A stretch of DNA of 64,000 nt from Candidatus Azotimanducaceae bacterium (GCA_047630175.1 JBLHVI010000007.1:253-64252), one strand, 5' to 3'. Counted from the stretch's first letter, positions 1 to 11,612 are shown. Notes: generated from the letters alone by a model not told the origin. A program made the numbers and translations.

Positions 1-284
1 TATCCAGTGGTATCCAGCTCAACTACGCCATGAAACAAAGCGAAGTCTTCCCTAACATGGTCATTCAGATGGTCGCCATCGGCGAGGAATCCGGCGCCCT
101 AGACAGCATGCTAGATAAAGCGGCGACCTACTATGAAGAGATGGTAGACAACGCCGTTGATGGCCTCACGAGTCTCATGGAACCTATTATCATGTCGTTC
201 TTGGGCGTAGTTATTGGCGGCCTGATCATCGCTATGTATCTACCGATCTTTAAGATGGGCGACGCTATCAGTGGCGGTGGATAG
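1..284 (+). CDS. pilC: Type IV pilus assembly platform protein PilC (GspF family), C-terminal fragment running in from the left window edge
   Basis: The frame is open from position 3. Its translation (...GIQLNYAMKQSEVFPNMVIQMVAIGEESGALDSMLDKAA...MYLPIFKMGDAI) is the conserved C-terminal GspF/PilC repeat. It lies directly upstream of pilD. Confidence 0.9.
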   Translation, partial: SSGIQLNYAMKQSEVFPNMVIQMVAIGEESGALDSMLDKAATYYEEMVDNAVDGLTSLMEPIIMSFLGVVIGGLIIAMYLPIFKMGDAISGGG

Positions 285-309
285 CCTGTCTATATCTGAC
301 ACACCGTTG

Positions 310-1179
310 ATGTATCTGCAGCTACTGCAAGTGGAATTCCCCGGACTGGTCGTCGCTTTTGGTTTGATATTCGGCTTATTAGTCGGCAGCTTTCTGAATG
401 TTGTTATTCATCGTCTGCCTATCATGATGCAGCGCGAGTGGCAGTCTCAAGCATGCGACATTCTGCAACAGCCATCCCCGCAAGAAGCCATGCCAGCTTA
501 CAATCTGGTCGTCCCAGCATCTAGCTGTCCCCAATGTGAGCACAAGATCAAGCCGTGGGAAAACATTCCTGTATTGAGCTATTTATTTTTGCGCGGCAAA
601 TGCGCCGGCTGTGAGGCTCGCATCAGTGCTCGCTATCCGCTGGTCGAGTCGCTAACCGGCGTCATGACTGCAATTATCATTTACCTGCTAGGCCCAACGC
701 TCGCTGGCCTCTGTGCCTGCGCTTTAACATGGGCACTAATCGCCATGTCGCTGATCGACTATGATCACCAACTGCTCCCAGACGATATTACTCTGCCCTT
801 TATGTGGCTCGGACTTATCGCCAACACCTTTGGCGTTTTTACGACACTTGATTCAGCACTTTGGGGCGCTGTTGCCGGCTATCTTAGCCTGTGGACTGTG
901 TTTCAGGTATTCAAGTTGATCACGGGTAAAGACGGCATGGGTTACGGTGATTTCAAGCTGCTAGCCCTACTAGGTGCCTGGATGGGCTGGCAGAGCCTGC
1001 TACTGATCATCGTGCTGTCGTCATTCGCCGGCGCCGTTATTGGCGGTGGCTTGATAATACTTGGACGTGACAAAAGCATCCCGATTCCATTCGGCCCCTA
1101 CCTAGCAATCGCCGGCTGGATCGCCTTGCTTTGGGGCGACGAGCTAACCCAGCAGTATATGCTGTTCATGGGTATATAG
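310..1179 (+). CDS. pilD: Prepilin leader peptidase / N-methyltransferase PilD (peptidase A24)
   Basis: It has paired Cys motifs (CPQCEH...CAGCE), the GMGYGDFKL and FGPY aspartyl-protease motifs, and is polytopic and hydrophobic. The ATG at 310 gives about 289 aa. The ORF-track start at 271 is a GTG that overlaps pilC. Confidence 0.93.
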   Translation: MYLQLLQVEFPGLVVAFGLIFGLLVGSFLNVVIHRLPIMMQREWQSQACDILQQPSPQEAMPAYNLVVPASSCPQCEHKIKPWENIPVLSYLFLRGKCAGCEARISARYPLVESLTGVMTAIIIYLLGPTLAGLCACALTWALIAMSLIDYDHQLLPDDITLPFMWLGLIANTFGVFTTLDSALWGAVAGYLSLWTVFQVFKLITGKDGMGYGDFKLLALLGAWMGWQSLLLIIVLSSFAGAVIGGGLIILGRDKSIPIPFGPYLAIAGWIALLWGDELTQQYMLFMGI

Positions 1180-1184
1180 CGCTC

Positions 1185-1796
1185 ATGGGGCGTTTTGTGG
1201 TTGGCCTTACGGGTGGCATTGGCAGCGGCAAATCAGCAGTGTCTGCGAGATTCGAAGCCTTCGGCATTACTGTCGCTGATGCTGATGTTGCCGCAAGGCA
1301 AGTTGTCGAACCGGGCACAGAAGCTATTAGCGCGATCGCTGCACGTTTTGGACCAGACATTTTGCAGATAGATGGCAGCCTCAACAGAGCGAGTTTACGT
1401 GCCATCGTCTTCGCCGAACCAGACCAACGACGATGGCTGGAGTCAATCACGATTCCCGCTATCATGAAACGTCTAAAGACGATGCTCGAGCAAAGCAGTT
1501 CTGCCTATTCGATATTGGTGCTCTCAAGCGGTAACGGCCAGCATCCGCTCATTGACCGTCATCTCATCGTCGATGTGTCTTCTGAAACACAACGTCGTCG
1601 AGTCATAACACGAGACAACAATACACTAACTCAGGTCGACGCTATCATGGCGTCGCAACCTAGTCGTCAGGCGCGTCTCGCCTATGCCCAAGACGTTATT
1701 ATTAACGAGGGCAATATAACGGCATTGGATGGCCAGGTCTTCGCCTTGCACCAGAAATACACCCAATTGAGCGGCACAACCCATGGCCCGACTTGA
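1185..1796 (+). CDS. coaE: Dephospho-CoA kinase
   Basis: The N-terminus [13 protein letters not shown] is a P-loop at the expected position. It sits in the conserved pilCD-coaE-yacG synteny. The ATG at 1185 was chosen over the upstream alternative start at 1131. Confidence 0.9.
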   Translation: MGRFVVGLTGGIGSGKSAVSARFEAFGITVADADVAARQVVEPGTEAISAIAARFGPDILQIDGSLNRASLRAIVFAEPDQRRWLESITIPAIMKRLKTMLEQSSSAYSILVLSSGNGQHPLIDRHLIVDVSSETQRRRVITRDNNTLTQVDAIMASQPSRQARLAYAQDVIINEGNITALDGQVFALHQKYTQLSGTTHGPT

Positions 1797-1995
1797 AGTC
1801 AAATGCCCTACCTGCCAGAAACCGGTGCACTGGGTCGAAGAAAACATTTACCGGCCTTTCTGCAGTGAACGCTGTCAGTTAATTGATTTGGGCGAGTGGG
1901 CCAGCGGTAAACACTTTATTCCCGTCGACCCCACTCACGATGATGTGACGTCAGCGGACCTCGACTCAGGCGACCTGCCTGGGCCCGATTGGTGA
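1783..1995 (+). CDS. yacG: DNA gyrase inhibitor YacG (zinc-finger protein)
   Basis: A 70-aa ORF with a CPTC...FCSERC four-Cys zinc finger and the LIDLGEW motif. It overlaps the coaE 3' end, as is typical. Confidence 0.88.
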   Translation: MARLEVKCPTCQKPVHWVEENIYRPFCSERCQLIDLGEWASGKHFIPVDPTHDDVTSADLDSGDLPGPDW

Positions 1996-2285
1996 ATAGC
2001 AGTATTCAGACTCTGCAGGGTATTGGGATTGATTTATCCCAAAGTGATTCCAGGTCCTACGCGCTAACAATCGTAAACCAAGAACGGAGCCCGGTGAAGT
2101 GCGGCCAGAGCCGCCAGACTAGCTGATGAAAATTAAGCCTCCGCTGCCTGCCACGAAACAAACTCCATTCGGGCGCACCAACGCCTAAGCAATTGCCGTA
2201 AGGGCAGCAAGCAGGCTTCTGCAAACGGTTACACGAGCGATAACAATTCTCCTAGCAGCAGCGACGTGGCTGTTATGCTCCACGC

Positions 2286-3509
2286 TTAACTTCGGTATTC
2301 AGCATTAATGCGCACATACTCATGTGACAAATCGCTAGTCCAGACAGTCTCGCTGACGTTGCCAGCATGCAGTTCGATAGTAATTGTTATCTCCTCGTGC
2401 GCCATAATAGCCGCGCCCTGGCTCTCGGTGTAGGATTCATGCTTTTGTCCCGCTTGCATCAAACACACGTCGCCCAACCAGATGTCCAGCTTGTTAATAT
2501 CAAGTGCGACGCCTGCCTTGCCGACGGCCATAACGATACGGCCCCAGTTCGCGTCACTTGCATGAATAGCAGTCTTCATCAGAGGCGAGTTGGCAACCGA
2601 GTAGGCGATCGACAAGCAATCTTGCACTGTGGCGCCATTGTTAACGGCAACCGCAACGAATTTTGTCGCGCCCTCAGCATCTCTGATAATACCCTGCGCC
2701 AACTCGAGGAAAACCTCATCAAGCACCGCTTGGAACTGCTCAACAATGTCGCTCTTCTTATCACCATCTATATCAGCATCAATATCGATCCCAGACTGAC
2801 CCGTTGCCGTTAACATGCTCGAGTCGTTAGTTGACGTATCGCTGTCGACAGTGATGCGATTAAAGGATCTATTGACCGCGAGATTTAAACATTGCTGTAA
2901 TGTCTGTGTCGACGCAGCTACATCAGTCACGACATAACTAAGCATCGTCGCCATGTTGGGCTGGATCATACCAGCGCCTTTAGTGATGCCAGTTATCGTC
3001 GCGATTTTACCTTGCAGCTCAAATTGTCGTGATGCGATTTTAGGCCGCGTGTCCGTGGTCATTATGCCACGCGCCGCAGCTAGCCAACCATCCTCATCCA
3101 GCGCACTGACAGCGTCGCCGAGGCCCGCGATAATTTTATCCGCCGGTAGACGCTCACCAATAACACCCGTCGAAAATGGCAGTACTGTCTCCAGTGACGT
3201 ACCAGCTAGGGTTGCCAAAGCTTGGCAGCACGCCAAAGCATCTTCGATTCCCGTATCGCCCATGGCTGCATTGGCATTACCGCTATTGATTAGAAAGTAG
3301 CGCGGGGAACTATGCTGCAGATGCGCCTTATCAACTAACACGGGTGCGGCGGCGAAAACACTCTGGGTAAACACCCCGGCGGTGCGACTGCCGGGAGCAA
3401 ACTCAAACAGCACCAGATCGTCGCCGGCGGATTTGATGCCGCAAGCTACGCTTGAGAGGCGTGCTCCAGCCACTTTATGATATGAAGTACTATTACTACC
3501 AACCGCCAT
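2286..3509 (-). CDS. argJ: Bifunctional glutamate N-acetyltransferase / amino-acid acetyltransferase ArgJ
   Basis: A 407-aa ORF with KGAGMIQPNMATMLSYVVTD, which contains the autoproteolytic ATML site, and the C-terminal EYVRINAEYRS signature. Confidence 0.95.
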   Translation of the reverse strand: MAVGSNSTSYHKVAGARLSSVACGIKSAGDDLVLFEFAPGSRTAGVFTQSVFAAAPVLVDKAHLQHSSPRYFLINSGNANAAMGDTGIEDALACCQALATLAGTSLETVLPFSTGVIGERLPADKIIAGLGDAVSALDEDGWLAAARGIMTTDTRPKIASRQFELQGKIATITGITKGAGMIQPNMATMLSYVVTDVAASTQTLQQCLNLAVNRSFNRITVDSDTSTNDSSMLTATGQSGIDIDADIDGDKKSDIVEQFQAVLDEVFLELAQGIIRDAEGATKFVAVAVNNGATVQDCLSIAYSVANSPLMKTAIHASDANWGRIVMAVGKAGVALDINKLDIWLGDVCLMQAGQKHESYTESQGAAIMAHEEITITIELHAGNVSETVWTSDLSHEYVRINAEYRS

Positions 3510-3560
3510 GGCTTCTTATCTCACGTAAATAATCATAAATATCTAAACTAGGGACACGAT

Positions 3561-6293
3561 TTACGCAAGAGTACCGTGGCATGACTTATACTTTTTACCC
3601 GAACCACAGGGACAAGGTTCATTACGACCAACCTTTTTTTCGCGACGAATAAACGGAGTCTGCGCCTCTGCTGGTGCTACAGCTGTCTCATCTCCACCCA
3701 TGGGCCTGCTGCTTTCCTTTTGAAAATTCAGCGTATTCTTGGCATCTTCCTCGCGGCGCTTACGCTCTATCGACTGAACGTCTTCAGACGGCTGAAATTC
3801 AACACGCGCCAAAAATCGAATAACCTCGAGTTTGACGTTATGCAATAGCTCTTCAAATAGCTCAAAGGCCTCCCGCTTATATTCCTGCTTGGGCTGCTTT
3901 TGCGCATAAGCCCTGAGATGAATACCTTGGCGCAGATAGTCCATAGATGCCAAATGTTCTTTCCAGAGCGTATCGAGGATTTGCAGCATAATTTGCTTTT
4001 CGAATAGGCGAATATCAAGACCCATAGCCTCTTCCTTGACACGATAACTGTCTCGGATGGCGCCGCTAATCTTCGCCCGCAACGACTCCTCGTGTAAGTT
4101 GTCATCGTCATCGAGCCACTGCTGCAGCGTCAAACGAAGATTGAACTCTGTCTGCAACGCCTGTTCGAGGCCGGTGACATCCCACTGCTCTTCCAAACTC
4201 TGAGGTGGCACAAAGCCATCAATCACCTCATTAATCACGTCGTCCCAGAGTGCATTGATCGTCTCTGAGACGTCCTGTGCCTCCATCAATTCATTTCTTT
4301 GGGAATAAATCATCTGTCGCTGATCGTTTGCAACATCGTCGTACTCCAACAATTGTTTTCGCATATCGAAATTGCGCCCCTCGACCTTACGCTGCGCCTT
4401 CTCAATTGCGTTGTTGACCATGCGATGCTCGATCGCTTCACCCTTCTCCATGCCAATAGATTGCATCAAGCCCTTAACCCTTGGCGGCGCAAAAATACGC
4501 ATCAGATTATCGTCCATCGACAGATAAAAACGTGACATACCTGGATCACCTTGACGACCAGAGCGACCGCGCAGTTGATTGTCGATGCGACGGCTCTCGT
4601 GTCGTTCTGAACCGACAACATGCAAACCACCCGCCTCTATAACGGCATCGTGGCGTTTCTGCCACGCTAGCCTTATCTCGGCGACTTTTTCTGGGCTAGA
4701 TTCCTTTAACTCAGCCACCTCAGATTCCCAGTTTCCGCCAAGAATGATATCTGTACCGCGACCGGCCATATTGGTGGCAATGGTTACCGTACCGGGGCGC
4801 CCTGCTTGGGCAATAATCTCTGCTTCTTGTGCATGAAACTTCGCATTCAATACGCTGTGCTTTATCTTGCGTTTATCCAACAGACTGGAAAGTAATTCAG
4901 ACGATTCAATAGACGCAGTGCCCACCAACACAGGCGCCTTGGCAACTGTAAGCTCCTCGATTTCATCAACTATGGCATCAAACTTCTCTTCCATCGTTAA
5001 AAAAATCAAATCGTTCAAGTCACGGCGAGTCATCGGCTTGTTAGTCGGAATCACCACAACATCCAGGCCGTAAATCTGACGGAATTCGAAAGCCTCAGTA
5101 TCGGCGGTACCCGTCATGCCTGCTAATTTTTCATAGAGACGAAAAAAGTTCTGGAAAGTGATCGATGCCAGCGTCTGGCTTTCATTCGTGATGACGACAT
5201 TTTCCTTAGCCTCGATCGCCTGATGAATACCGCCAGACCAGCGCCGACCGGGCATAGATCGACCCGTATGTTCATCGACGATAACAATTTCGTTCCCCTG
5301 CACCATGTAGTCAACGTCGCGCTGAAACAAGCACTGAGCTTTGAGAGCCGAATGAACGTGGTGCAATAGCGATAAGTTAGTCGTGCCATACAGCGACTCG
5401 CCCTCCTTCAGTAGGCCACGCTTCGCCAGCAGTTCTTCAACTTTCAAATGACCCGCTTCCGTTAGTTCAACGTCACGTTGCTTCTCGTCAACAAAAAAAT
5501 CGCCAGGCGGATCGATTTCGTTAGCGATATCTTCTTCAGTTTTCTCTTGGCGATCTAACTGTGGCACGACCGCCTTCATTGCCTTGTAAAGATCCGACGA
5601 GTTTTCTGCGCCGCCGGAGATGATCAACGGCGTTCGCGCCTCATCGATCAAGATCGAATCGACCTCATCCACAATGGCAAAATTCAAGACCTTTTGCACC
5701 TTCTCATCAAGGTTGAAAGCCATGTTATCGCGTAAATAATCGAAGCCGAATTCATTATTTGTGCCGTAGGTTATGTCAGATGCGTAGGCATCGCGCTTTT
5801 CAACTTGAGTCTGGCCTGCGTACACAACCCCAACAGTCATTCCTAGCGCATTGTAAACAGCACCCATCCACTCGGCACCCCACTTTGCTAAGTAGTCATT
5901 GACCGTCACCAAATGCACCCCGTCGCCCGAGATCGCGTTCAAGTAAAGCGGCAACGTTGCCATCAAGGTTTTACCTTCACCTGTACGCATCTCTGCAATG
6001 CGCCCTTCATGCAGCGTCATGCCACCAATCAACTGGACATCAAATATGCGTAGCCCCAGTGCCCGCTTACCAGCCTCACGAACCGCTGCAAAAGCTTCAG
6101 GCAAAATGGCATCTAGACTCTCACCCTGACCGAGTCGCACACTGTAAAGGTTACGAAGGTTAGCGATTTCAACATCGCTAAAAGCCTCAAAAGTCGATTC
6201 CAGGTCGTTGATCCGGGTTACAACTTTGCCCATGCGCTTTAGTTCACGGTCGTTTTTACTGCCAAAAATTTTGTTGAATACCTGCATCACCAT
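3561..6293 (-). CDS. secA: Preprotein translocase ATPase SecA
   Basis: A 910-aa ORF with N-terminal [11 protein letters not shown], Walker [10 protein letters not shown], a [23 protein letters not shown]-like box and the C-terminal zinc motif [14 protein letters not shown]. Confidence 0.98.
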   Translation of the reverse strand: MVMQVFNKIFGSKNDRELKRMGKVVTRINDLESTFEAFSDVEIANLRNLYSVRLGQGESLDAILPEAFAAVREAGKRALGLRIFDVQLIGGMTLHEGRIAEMRTGEGKTLMATLPLYLNAISGDGVHLVTVNDYLAKWGAEWMGAVYNALGMTVGVVYAGQTQVEKRDAYASDITYGTNNEFGFDYLRDNMAFNLDEKVQKVLNFAIVDEVDSILIDEARTPLIISGGAENSSDLYKAMKAVVPQLDRQEKTEEDIANEIDPPGDFFVDEKQRDVELTEAGHLKVEELLAKRGLLKEGESLYGTTNLSLLHHVHSALKAQCLFQRDVDYMVQGNEIVIVDEHTGRSMPGRRWSGGIHQAIEAKENVVITNESQTLASITFQNFFRLYEKLAGMTGTADTEAFEFRQIYGLDVVVIPTNKPMTRRDLNDLIFLTMEEKFDAIVDEIEELTVAKAPVLVGTASIESSELLSSLLDKRKIKHSVLNAKFHAQEAEIIAQAGRPGTVTIATNMAGRGTDIILGGNWESEVAELKESSPEKVAEIRLAWQKRHDAVIEAGGLHVVGSERHESRRIDNQLRGRSGRQGDPGMSRFYLSMDDNLMRIFAPPRVKGLMQSIGMEKGEAIEHRMVNNAIEKAQRKVEGRNFDMRKQLLEYDDVANDQRQMIYSQRNELMEAQDVSETINALWDDVINEVIDGFVPPQSLEEQWDVTGLEQALQTEFNLRLTLQQWLDDDDNLHEESLRAKISGAIRDSYRVKEEAMGLDIRLFEKQIMLQILDTLWKEHLASMDYLRQGIHLRAYAQKQPKQEYKREAFELFEELLHNVKLEVIRFLARVEFQPSEDVQSIERKRREEDAKNTLNFQKESSRPMGGDETAVAPAEAQTPFIRREKKVGRNEPCPCGSGKKYKSCHGTLA

Positions 6294-6383
6294 CGGTGCT
6301 GTCTCTACTGAAATTCAATGAAAAGAGGAGAAGGAGGAGAAACCGAAAAAAAGCGGCTACCCAACAAGGTAGCCGGGCGGGTA

Positions 6384-7307
6384 TCAGCGACTGGCGCGGT
6401 GTATATAAGCAGAAGGGTCGACTATGCGCCCATTTTTGAAGACTTCAAAATGAACGTGGGGACCTGTGGAACGGCCGCTGCTGCCCATAAGACCAACGAC
6501 CTGACCTTTGCGGACGATATCGCCGACCTTAACCACGAGTTCTTTGTGGTGACCGTAACGCGTTGAAAAACCGCCGCCGTGGTTGATCTCAACCATCTCA
6601 CCGTAGCCACTTCTCGTCGCAGCATACACAACGATACCGGCGGCAACGGTGACAACGTCAGCTCCTTCAGTGCCAGCAAAATCGACACCGCTGTGCCAAG
6701 CTCGACGGCCGTTGATAGGATCATTACGCATGCCAAATCGAGAGGACATCCACCCCTTGTTCACCGGTCGTCCAGCTAGAAACACGTCACCCTGTATCTT
6801 GCGATCAACCAGTAATGTTTCCAAGACACTGAGTTGCTGCTCACGGTCTTCTATATCTTCTGACAGTTGTGATAACAGCTTGATGTAGTCAGGTGCCGTG
6901 TAGGCACTCTCTTGGACATCAAATTCAGGCCCACCAACCGCTGGAGGTTGAGAAAAGTCAAACTCGCCTTCATCAAGCTTTGCGATGGTGGTCAGACGCT
7001 CGCCTAAAGCATCTAGTCGAACAATGCGCGACTGCAACTTGGCAAGCCTCACTGCTGATGCCTCCAAATTCTCCTCAGCGTCACGACGAGCCAATTTGAC
7101 CTCAATGTCTTGGTCTTCGAGCGCCTGGCGCCACTTACTCACCATCTCTCTGACCATTACCGCTTCACCCAATCCCATACGGTATGCCGTAAAGCCCGCG
7201 ACAGAAGGTATCCCTAGTAAACCTGCCAGCGTGAGGCCTAACAGCAGCCCATTAACGCTAAAGGCACGAGACCTGCCAGATCGGTTGTCAACAATGATGA
7301 GTTTCAT
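6384..7307 (-). CDS. M23 family metallopeptidase with an N-terminal membrane anchor and coiled-coil region
   Basis: The C-terminal LytM domain has HSGVDFAG and GPHVHFEV zinc ligands. It has an N-terminal TM segment. Its position between secA and lpxC matches Pseudomonas-type synteny. Confidence 0.88.
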   Translation of the reverse strand: MKLIIVDNRSGRSRAFSVNGLLLGLTLAGLLGIPSVAGFTAYRMGLGEAVMVREMVSKWRQALEDQDIEVKLARRDAEENLEASAVRLAKLQSRIVRLDALGERLTTIAKLDEGEFDFSQPPAVGGPEFDVQESAYTAPDYIKLLSQLSEDIEDREQQLSVLETLLVDRKIQGDVFLAGRPVNKGWMSSRFGMRNDPINGRRAWHSGVDFAGTEGADVVTVAAGIVVYAATRSGYGEMVEINHGGGFSTRYGHHKELVVKVGDIVRKGQVVGLMGSSGRSTGPHVHFEVFKNGRIVDPSAYIHRASR

Positions 7308-7468
7308 AAAAACGAGTAACTTTTCAATTCAGTGACTATTCGATTTAAGTTGCTGTAACATTCCGTTGCTAGTTAACTCATAATCGTTGGATGCTGCTAT
7401 TATTTTTTTTCTTCGAGACGGAACTAAGCCAACTAGTATACTAACACGACCAATCCAGGGATCATCCC

Positions 7469-7903
7469 ATGGCATTTAGAAGGCCCGGACAAATTCTTTC
7501 CCAGGCTAAGGGCACACTCAATCGTCTATTAGCACAGACTGATGACCTGATTTTGCTGCAACGACTTGTCCGCAAAGTTGTTGCAGGTGACATCTTCATT
7601 GCCAGCCTTGAACAAGGCCAGCTCCATGTGATCACTCCGTCAGCTGCACTAGCCACCCGCCTAAAATACAGTCAAAAAGCTGTGATCGCCTCACTACAGC
7701 AAAGGAAAAACCCATATCTTATTGATTCTATTAAGATATCAGTAAGGCCAGATTACATACCGCCGGCCAAACCAGAACGTCACATGCCCCAAGTCTCACT
7801 CAGTAACGCAGAACATATCGCAGAGACAGCTCAATATATCGAAGATGAAGCGTTGCGCAAAGCACTATTTAGCTTATCAGAGCACGTTAAACCTGAGTCT
7901 TAG
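7469..7903 (+). CDS. DUF721 (DciA-like) protein
   Basis: A 144-aa ORF, divergent from the M23 peptidase and next to lpxC, which is the usual location of the DUF721/DciA gene in pseudomonads. Its pattern (...LVRKVV...IASLEQGQLHVITPSAALATRLKY...) fits DUF721. The assignment rests on pattern and synteny only. Confidence 0.6.
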   Translation: MAFRRPGQILSQAKGTLNRLLAQTDDLILLQRLVRKVVAGDIFIASLEQGQLHVITPSAALATRLKYSQKAVIASLQQRKNPYLIDSIKISVRPDYIPPAKPERHMPQVSLSNAEHIAETAQYIEDEALRKALFSLSEHVKPES

Positions 7904-7970
7904 CTGCGAACGCATCACTACGCTCGCCTTGCATGACCCAAGGGTACTCCTCGCGGAGCATCGCACTCAA

Positions 7971-8882
7971 TCAAGCAATAACTGGGGATGCATAAGCCAT
8001 TGGTAGATCGTCTGCATTGTCAAACGTGACAATTTCCCAAGCATCGGCCTGTAGCAACAATGCTTGACGCAATGCGTGGTTGCCGGTGTGACCTGACTTA
8101 TAGCCTATAAATTCACCAATCAGGCTGTGGCCTAGAACATATAGATCACCGATCGCATCAAGAATTTTATGCCGCACAAACTCATCTTCGTGGCGCAAAC
8201 CATCGTCGTTTAAGACACGGTAATCATCCACCACAACCGCATTATCCATGCTGCCCCCCTGCGCCAGATTACGTTCCCTCAGGTGTTCGAACTCCTGCAT
8301 TAAACCAAAAGTTCGTGCTCGGCTAACCTCTTTTACAAACGATGTTGCTGAAAAGTTAACACTGGCTTTCTGCTCCTTAATCACGGGATTATCATAAACA
8401 ATGGTGTGAGTGACCTTAAACCCTTCGTAAGGTTCGATTGAGGCCGTCCAAGCATCGCCATCTGGATCGCTGACCACGATCTTTTTCTTGATTTTAATAA
8501 ATTTCTTTAGTGTCCCTTGCTCTTGGATGCCTGCAGACTGGATCAGGAACACAAAGGTCGCCGCGCTACCATCCATAATTGGCATTTCAGGTCCACTGAC
8601 CTCAATGTAGGCGTTGTCTATGCCAAGCCCACACAAAGCCGCCATTAGGTGCTCAATCGTCGACACTCGCAGTCCGTCACAGCTAATGGTGGTCGCCAGT
8701 GTTGTGTCGCCCACGTACTCTGTCAGAGCAGGGATCTCGACGGTTTTGTCGCCCTCGGTTCGAATGAAGACAATACCCGCATCCGCGGGGGCTGGCCTAA
8801 GGGTCAAATAGACCTTCTCACCAGTATGCAGGCCTACTCCGGTTGCCCGGATTACGTTTTTGAGTGTGCGCTGATTGATCAT
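7971..8882 (-). CDS. lpxC: UDP-3-O-acyl-N-acetylglucosamine deacetylase
   Basis: A 303-aa ORF with [32 protein letters not shown] and the [15 protein letters not shown] motif. It lies downstream of ftsZ, as in other gammaproteobacteria. Confidence 0.97.
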   Translation of the reverse strand: MINQRTLKNVIRATGVGLHTGEKVYLTLRPAPADAGIVFIRTEGDKTVEIPALTEYVGDTTLATTISCDGLRVSTIEHLMAALCGLGIDNAYIEVSGPEMPIMDGSAATFVFLIQSAGIQEQGTLKKFIKIKKKIVVSDPDGDAWTASIEPYEGFKVTHTIVYDNPVIKEQKASVNFSATSFVKEVSRARTFGLMQEFEHLRERNLAQGGSMDNAVVVDDYRVLNDDGLRHEDEFVRHKILDAIGDLYVLGHSLIGEFIGYKSGHTGNHALRQALLLQADAWEIVTFDNADDLPMAYASPVIA

Positions 8883-9089
8883 TGTTTGTTGTTGTTTTCC
8901 TTAATCATTATCGTAGTCATCAGTTCCCCGGCGGCGGGTGTTAATGTTAACAGGCCCCTAAACGAGAACCTAATATCAATCCCACAGTCTTCTTAGGTGT
9001 TTTACAACCCTGATGTTTCAGACCACAAACATACGACATAGTTGCACTCTACACGGCTGACGGGTCCGCATTCGCAATAGAGAGGCTTG

Positions 9090-10256
9090 CTAGTCAGCCT
9101 GACGACGCAAAAATGCAGGAATATCCAGGTAGTCCATGTCTTTACGCGGGCTGTCTAGCCCAAGTCCCGCAGAACCTTCCAGATTAGCGCCACCCTGACG
9201 AATTACCGTCGGCTTCTCAAACTCGGCATAATCGATCTTTCCGTCCCCAGCCACCTTCTTTGGCGTGTTGTTAATGACATTCTTCGGCTTTTCAGCTTCT
9301 GCAGCGCCCAAGCCTGTTGCAACAACTGTCACTCTGAGCTCATCGCCCATATTAGGATCGATGACGGTACCGACAACTACCGTGGCATTCTCTGACGTAA
9401 ATTGTTCGATGGTCGAACCCACCTCGGAGAACTCACCCAGGGAGATATCAATGCCTGCTGCGATATTTACCAGGATTCCACGCGCTCCATGGAAATCTAC
9501 ATCTTCCAGCAGCGGACTGCGAATCGCCGCCTCTGCCGCTTCCCGTGCCCGGTCCTTACCAGATGCACTACCGCTTCCCATCATCGCCATACCCATCTCC
9601 GACATAACGGTGCGCACGTCGGCGAAATCGACATTAATCATACCAGGACGCATGATCAAATCAGCAATGCCCTGAACGGCCCCAAGCAAGACGTCATCCA
9701 CAGCGCCAAAGGCTTTCAATAATGGCGTGTCCTCCCCCATAATCGATAGCAACTTCTGGTTAGGTATGGTGATCAAAGAATCCACGTGCTCTGACAACTC
9801 TTTGATACCCGCCTCTGCCAACGCCATCCGCTTACGCCCTTCAAACACAAAAGGCTTGGTCACCACGGCGACCGTCAGGATATTCATGCTCCTTGCGATC
9901 TCTGCAACAACAGGCGCCGCTCCAGTGCCAGTACCACCACCCATTCCTGCGGTGATAAACACCATATCGGCACCTTTGAGCGCTTCCGCTATGCGCTCCC
10001 GATCTTCCAACGCAGCTTCTCGGCCCATGTTCGGGTTTGCGCCCGCGCCAAGTCCTTTAGTAATGCCTGAACCCAGTTGCAACAGGGTTTTAGCGCCCAG
10101 ACTATGCAATGCCTGAGCGTCAGTGTTGGCACAGATGAAGTCAACACCCGTAACCTCCTGGACGACCATGTGCTGAACGGCGTTTCCACCACCGCCACCA
10201 ACACCAATCACCTTAATAACAGCATTCTGCGGTGCAGTATCTACTAATTCAAACAT
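9090..10256 (-). CDS. ftsZ: Cell division GTPase FtsZ
   Basis: It has the tubulin signature GGGTGTGAAP, the N-terminal IKVIGVGGGGGNAV motif and the C-terminal DYLDIPAFLRRQAD peptide. The ATG at 10256 (MFELV...) is preferred to the upstream start at 10289. Confidence 0.97.
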   Translation of the reverse strand: MFELVDTAPQNAVIKVIGVGGGGGNAVQHMVVQEVTGVDFICANTDAQALHSLGAKTLLQLGSGITKGLGAGANPNMGREAALEDRERIAEALKGADMVFITAGMGGGTGTGAAPVVAEIARSMNILTVAVVTKPFVFEGRKRMALAEAGIKELSEHVDSLITIPNQKLLSIMGEDTPLLKAFGAVDDVLLGAVQGIADLIMRPGMINVDFADVRTVMSEMGMAMMGSGSASGKDRAREAAEAAIRSPLLEDVDFHGARGILVNIAAGIDISLGEFSEVGSTIEQFTSENATVVVGTVIDPNMGDELRVTVVATGLGAAEAEKPKNVINNTPKKVAGDGKIDYAEFEKPTVIRQGGANLEGSAGLGLDSPRKDMDYLDIPAFLRRQAD

Positions 10257-10376
10257 AGAGAACCCTCCCAGGCTTCGCGATAAATTCAATTTGGATTTTG
10301 TGCTTTTCGTACCCTGTTAACTCAAAAACTAATCGCTTTAAGACTGATCTCTTCGTTGGCTTGCTATCGATCATGA

Positions 10377-11612
10377 TTAGTAACCCCCCCCCATAAACCA
10401 ATTCTTCACCCGTGACATTATGCCGTTCATACTCGATGTGGTCGGCACAACCTTACCCTTGTCCTGTTGCTTGGCGCCGTACAGCAGCAAACCTACTGCT
10501 GTTGAATAGATGGGATTGCGAACAATATCGGTCAAACCGGTCACACCTTGGGGCTTGCCTACTCTGACCGGCATATGAAATATTTCTTCGGCTAACTCCA
10601 CGACTCCCTCAATTTTTGCCGAACCACCGGTCAAAACAATACCCGCCGCAATCAGGTCTTCAAAACCACTGCGTCTAAGCTCGGCTTGAACCAGCGTAAA
10701 CAATTCGTCATATCTGGGCTCAACCACCTCAGTTAGGGCCTGCCGTGATAAATCTCGATCACCTCGCTCGCCAACGCCTGGGACTTTAATAGTCTCATTC
10801 TCGCCGGCGAGACTCGCTAAAGCACAGGCATATTTAATCTTAATCTCTTCTGCGTTTTGCGTTGGCGTCCGAAGAGCCATAGCAATATCGTTGGTTACTT
10901 GGTCCCCAGCAATGGGGATGACCGCGGTGTGCCGTATCGCACCATCTGTAAACACGGCTATATCTGTCGTGCCTCCGCCAATATCAACCAGACATACCCC
11001 CAATTCTTTTTCATCTTCCGTCAGGACTGCCAAGCCAGAGGCTAATTGCTCAAGGATAACGTCAGCAACTTCGAGGCCGCACTTACGAATACATTTCTCA
11101 ATGTTTTGTGCCGCGTTTATTGCGCAGGTGACTAGGTGCACCTTAGCCTCAAGGCGCACGCCAGACATACCTAACGGTTCCTTAACGCCTTCCTGAGTAT
11201 CGATCACGTATTCTTGTGGCAGTATATGCAAGATTTTCTGATCCGCAGGAATAGCAACAGCCTGTGCTGCATCTATTACGCGGTCAATGTCCGGCTGAAA
11301 TACTTCCCGGTCTCGTATCGCAACGATTCCGTGAGAGTTTAGGCTGCGGATATGACTACCAGCGATCCCTGCATAAACCGAATGGATTTGACACCCCGCC
11401 ATCAGTTCAGCCTCCTCCACGGAGCGCTGAATTGACTGAACGGTTGATTCAATATTAACCACCACACCCTTTTTTAGCCCGCGGGAAGGATGACTGCCAA
11501 TGCCGACGATTTCGACGCTCCCTTCAGGAGACACCTCACCAACGATACTGACAACCTTCGATGTCCCAATATCCAACCCCACTATCATACGATTGCCATT
11601 CGAACCTGTCAT
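10377..11612 (-). CDS. ftsA: Cell division protein FtsA
   Basis: A 411-aa actin-like ATPase with VGLDIGTSKV and DIGGGTTDIAVF. It sits between ftsQ and ftsZ. Confidence 0.96.
   Translation of the reverse strand: MTGSNGNRMIVGLDIGTSKVVSIVGEVSPEGSVEIVGIGSHPSRGLKKGVVVNIESTVQSIQRSVEEAELMAGCQIHSVYAGIAGSHIRSLNSHGIVAIRDREVFQPDIDRVIDAAQAVAIPADQKILHILPQEYVIDTQEGVKEPLGMSGVRLEAKVHLVTCAINAAQNIEKCIRKCGLEVADVILEQLASGLAVLTEDEKELGVCLVDIGGGTTDIAVFTDGAIRHTAVIPIAGDQVTNDIAMALRTPTQNAEEIKIKYACALASLAGENETIKVPGVGERGDRDLSRQALTEVVEPRYDELFTLVQAELRRSGFEDLIAAGIVLTGGSAKIEGVVELAEEIFHMPVRVGKPQGVTGLTDIVRNPIYSTAVGLLLYGAKQQDKGKVVPTTSSMNGIMSRVKNWFMGGGY

Noticed and set aside
1996-2285. The 290-bp ORF-free convergent spacer between yacG and argJ, with small GC hairpins (for example GCGGC-caga-GCCGC near 2100-2113)
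   Set aside because: It has no U-tract terminators, no promoter-like elements and no recognisable RNA family motifs. The evidence is insufficient to call an sRNA.
9265-10116. Long antisense ORFs opposite ftsZ (136 aa and 129 aa). Similar shadow ORFs lie opposite or out of frame within argJ, secA, hisD, murA, mlaF, mgtE, rng, gatA and yhdP.
   Set aside because: These are typical shadow ORFs inside strongly supported conserved genes. They are low-complexity and Ser/Ala/Pro/Arg-rich, with no independent start signals.
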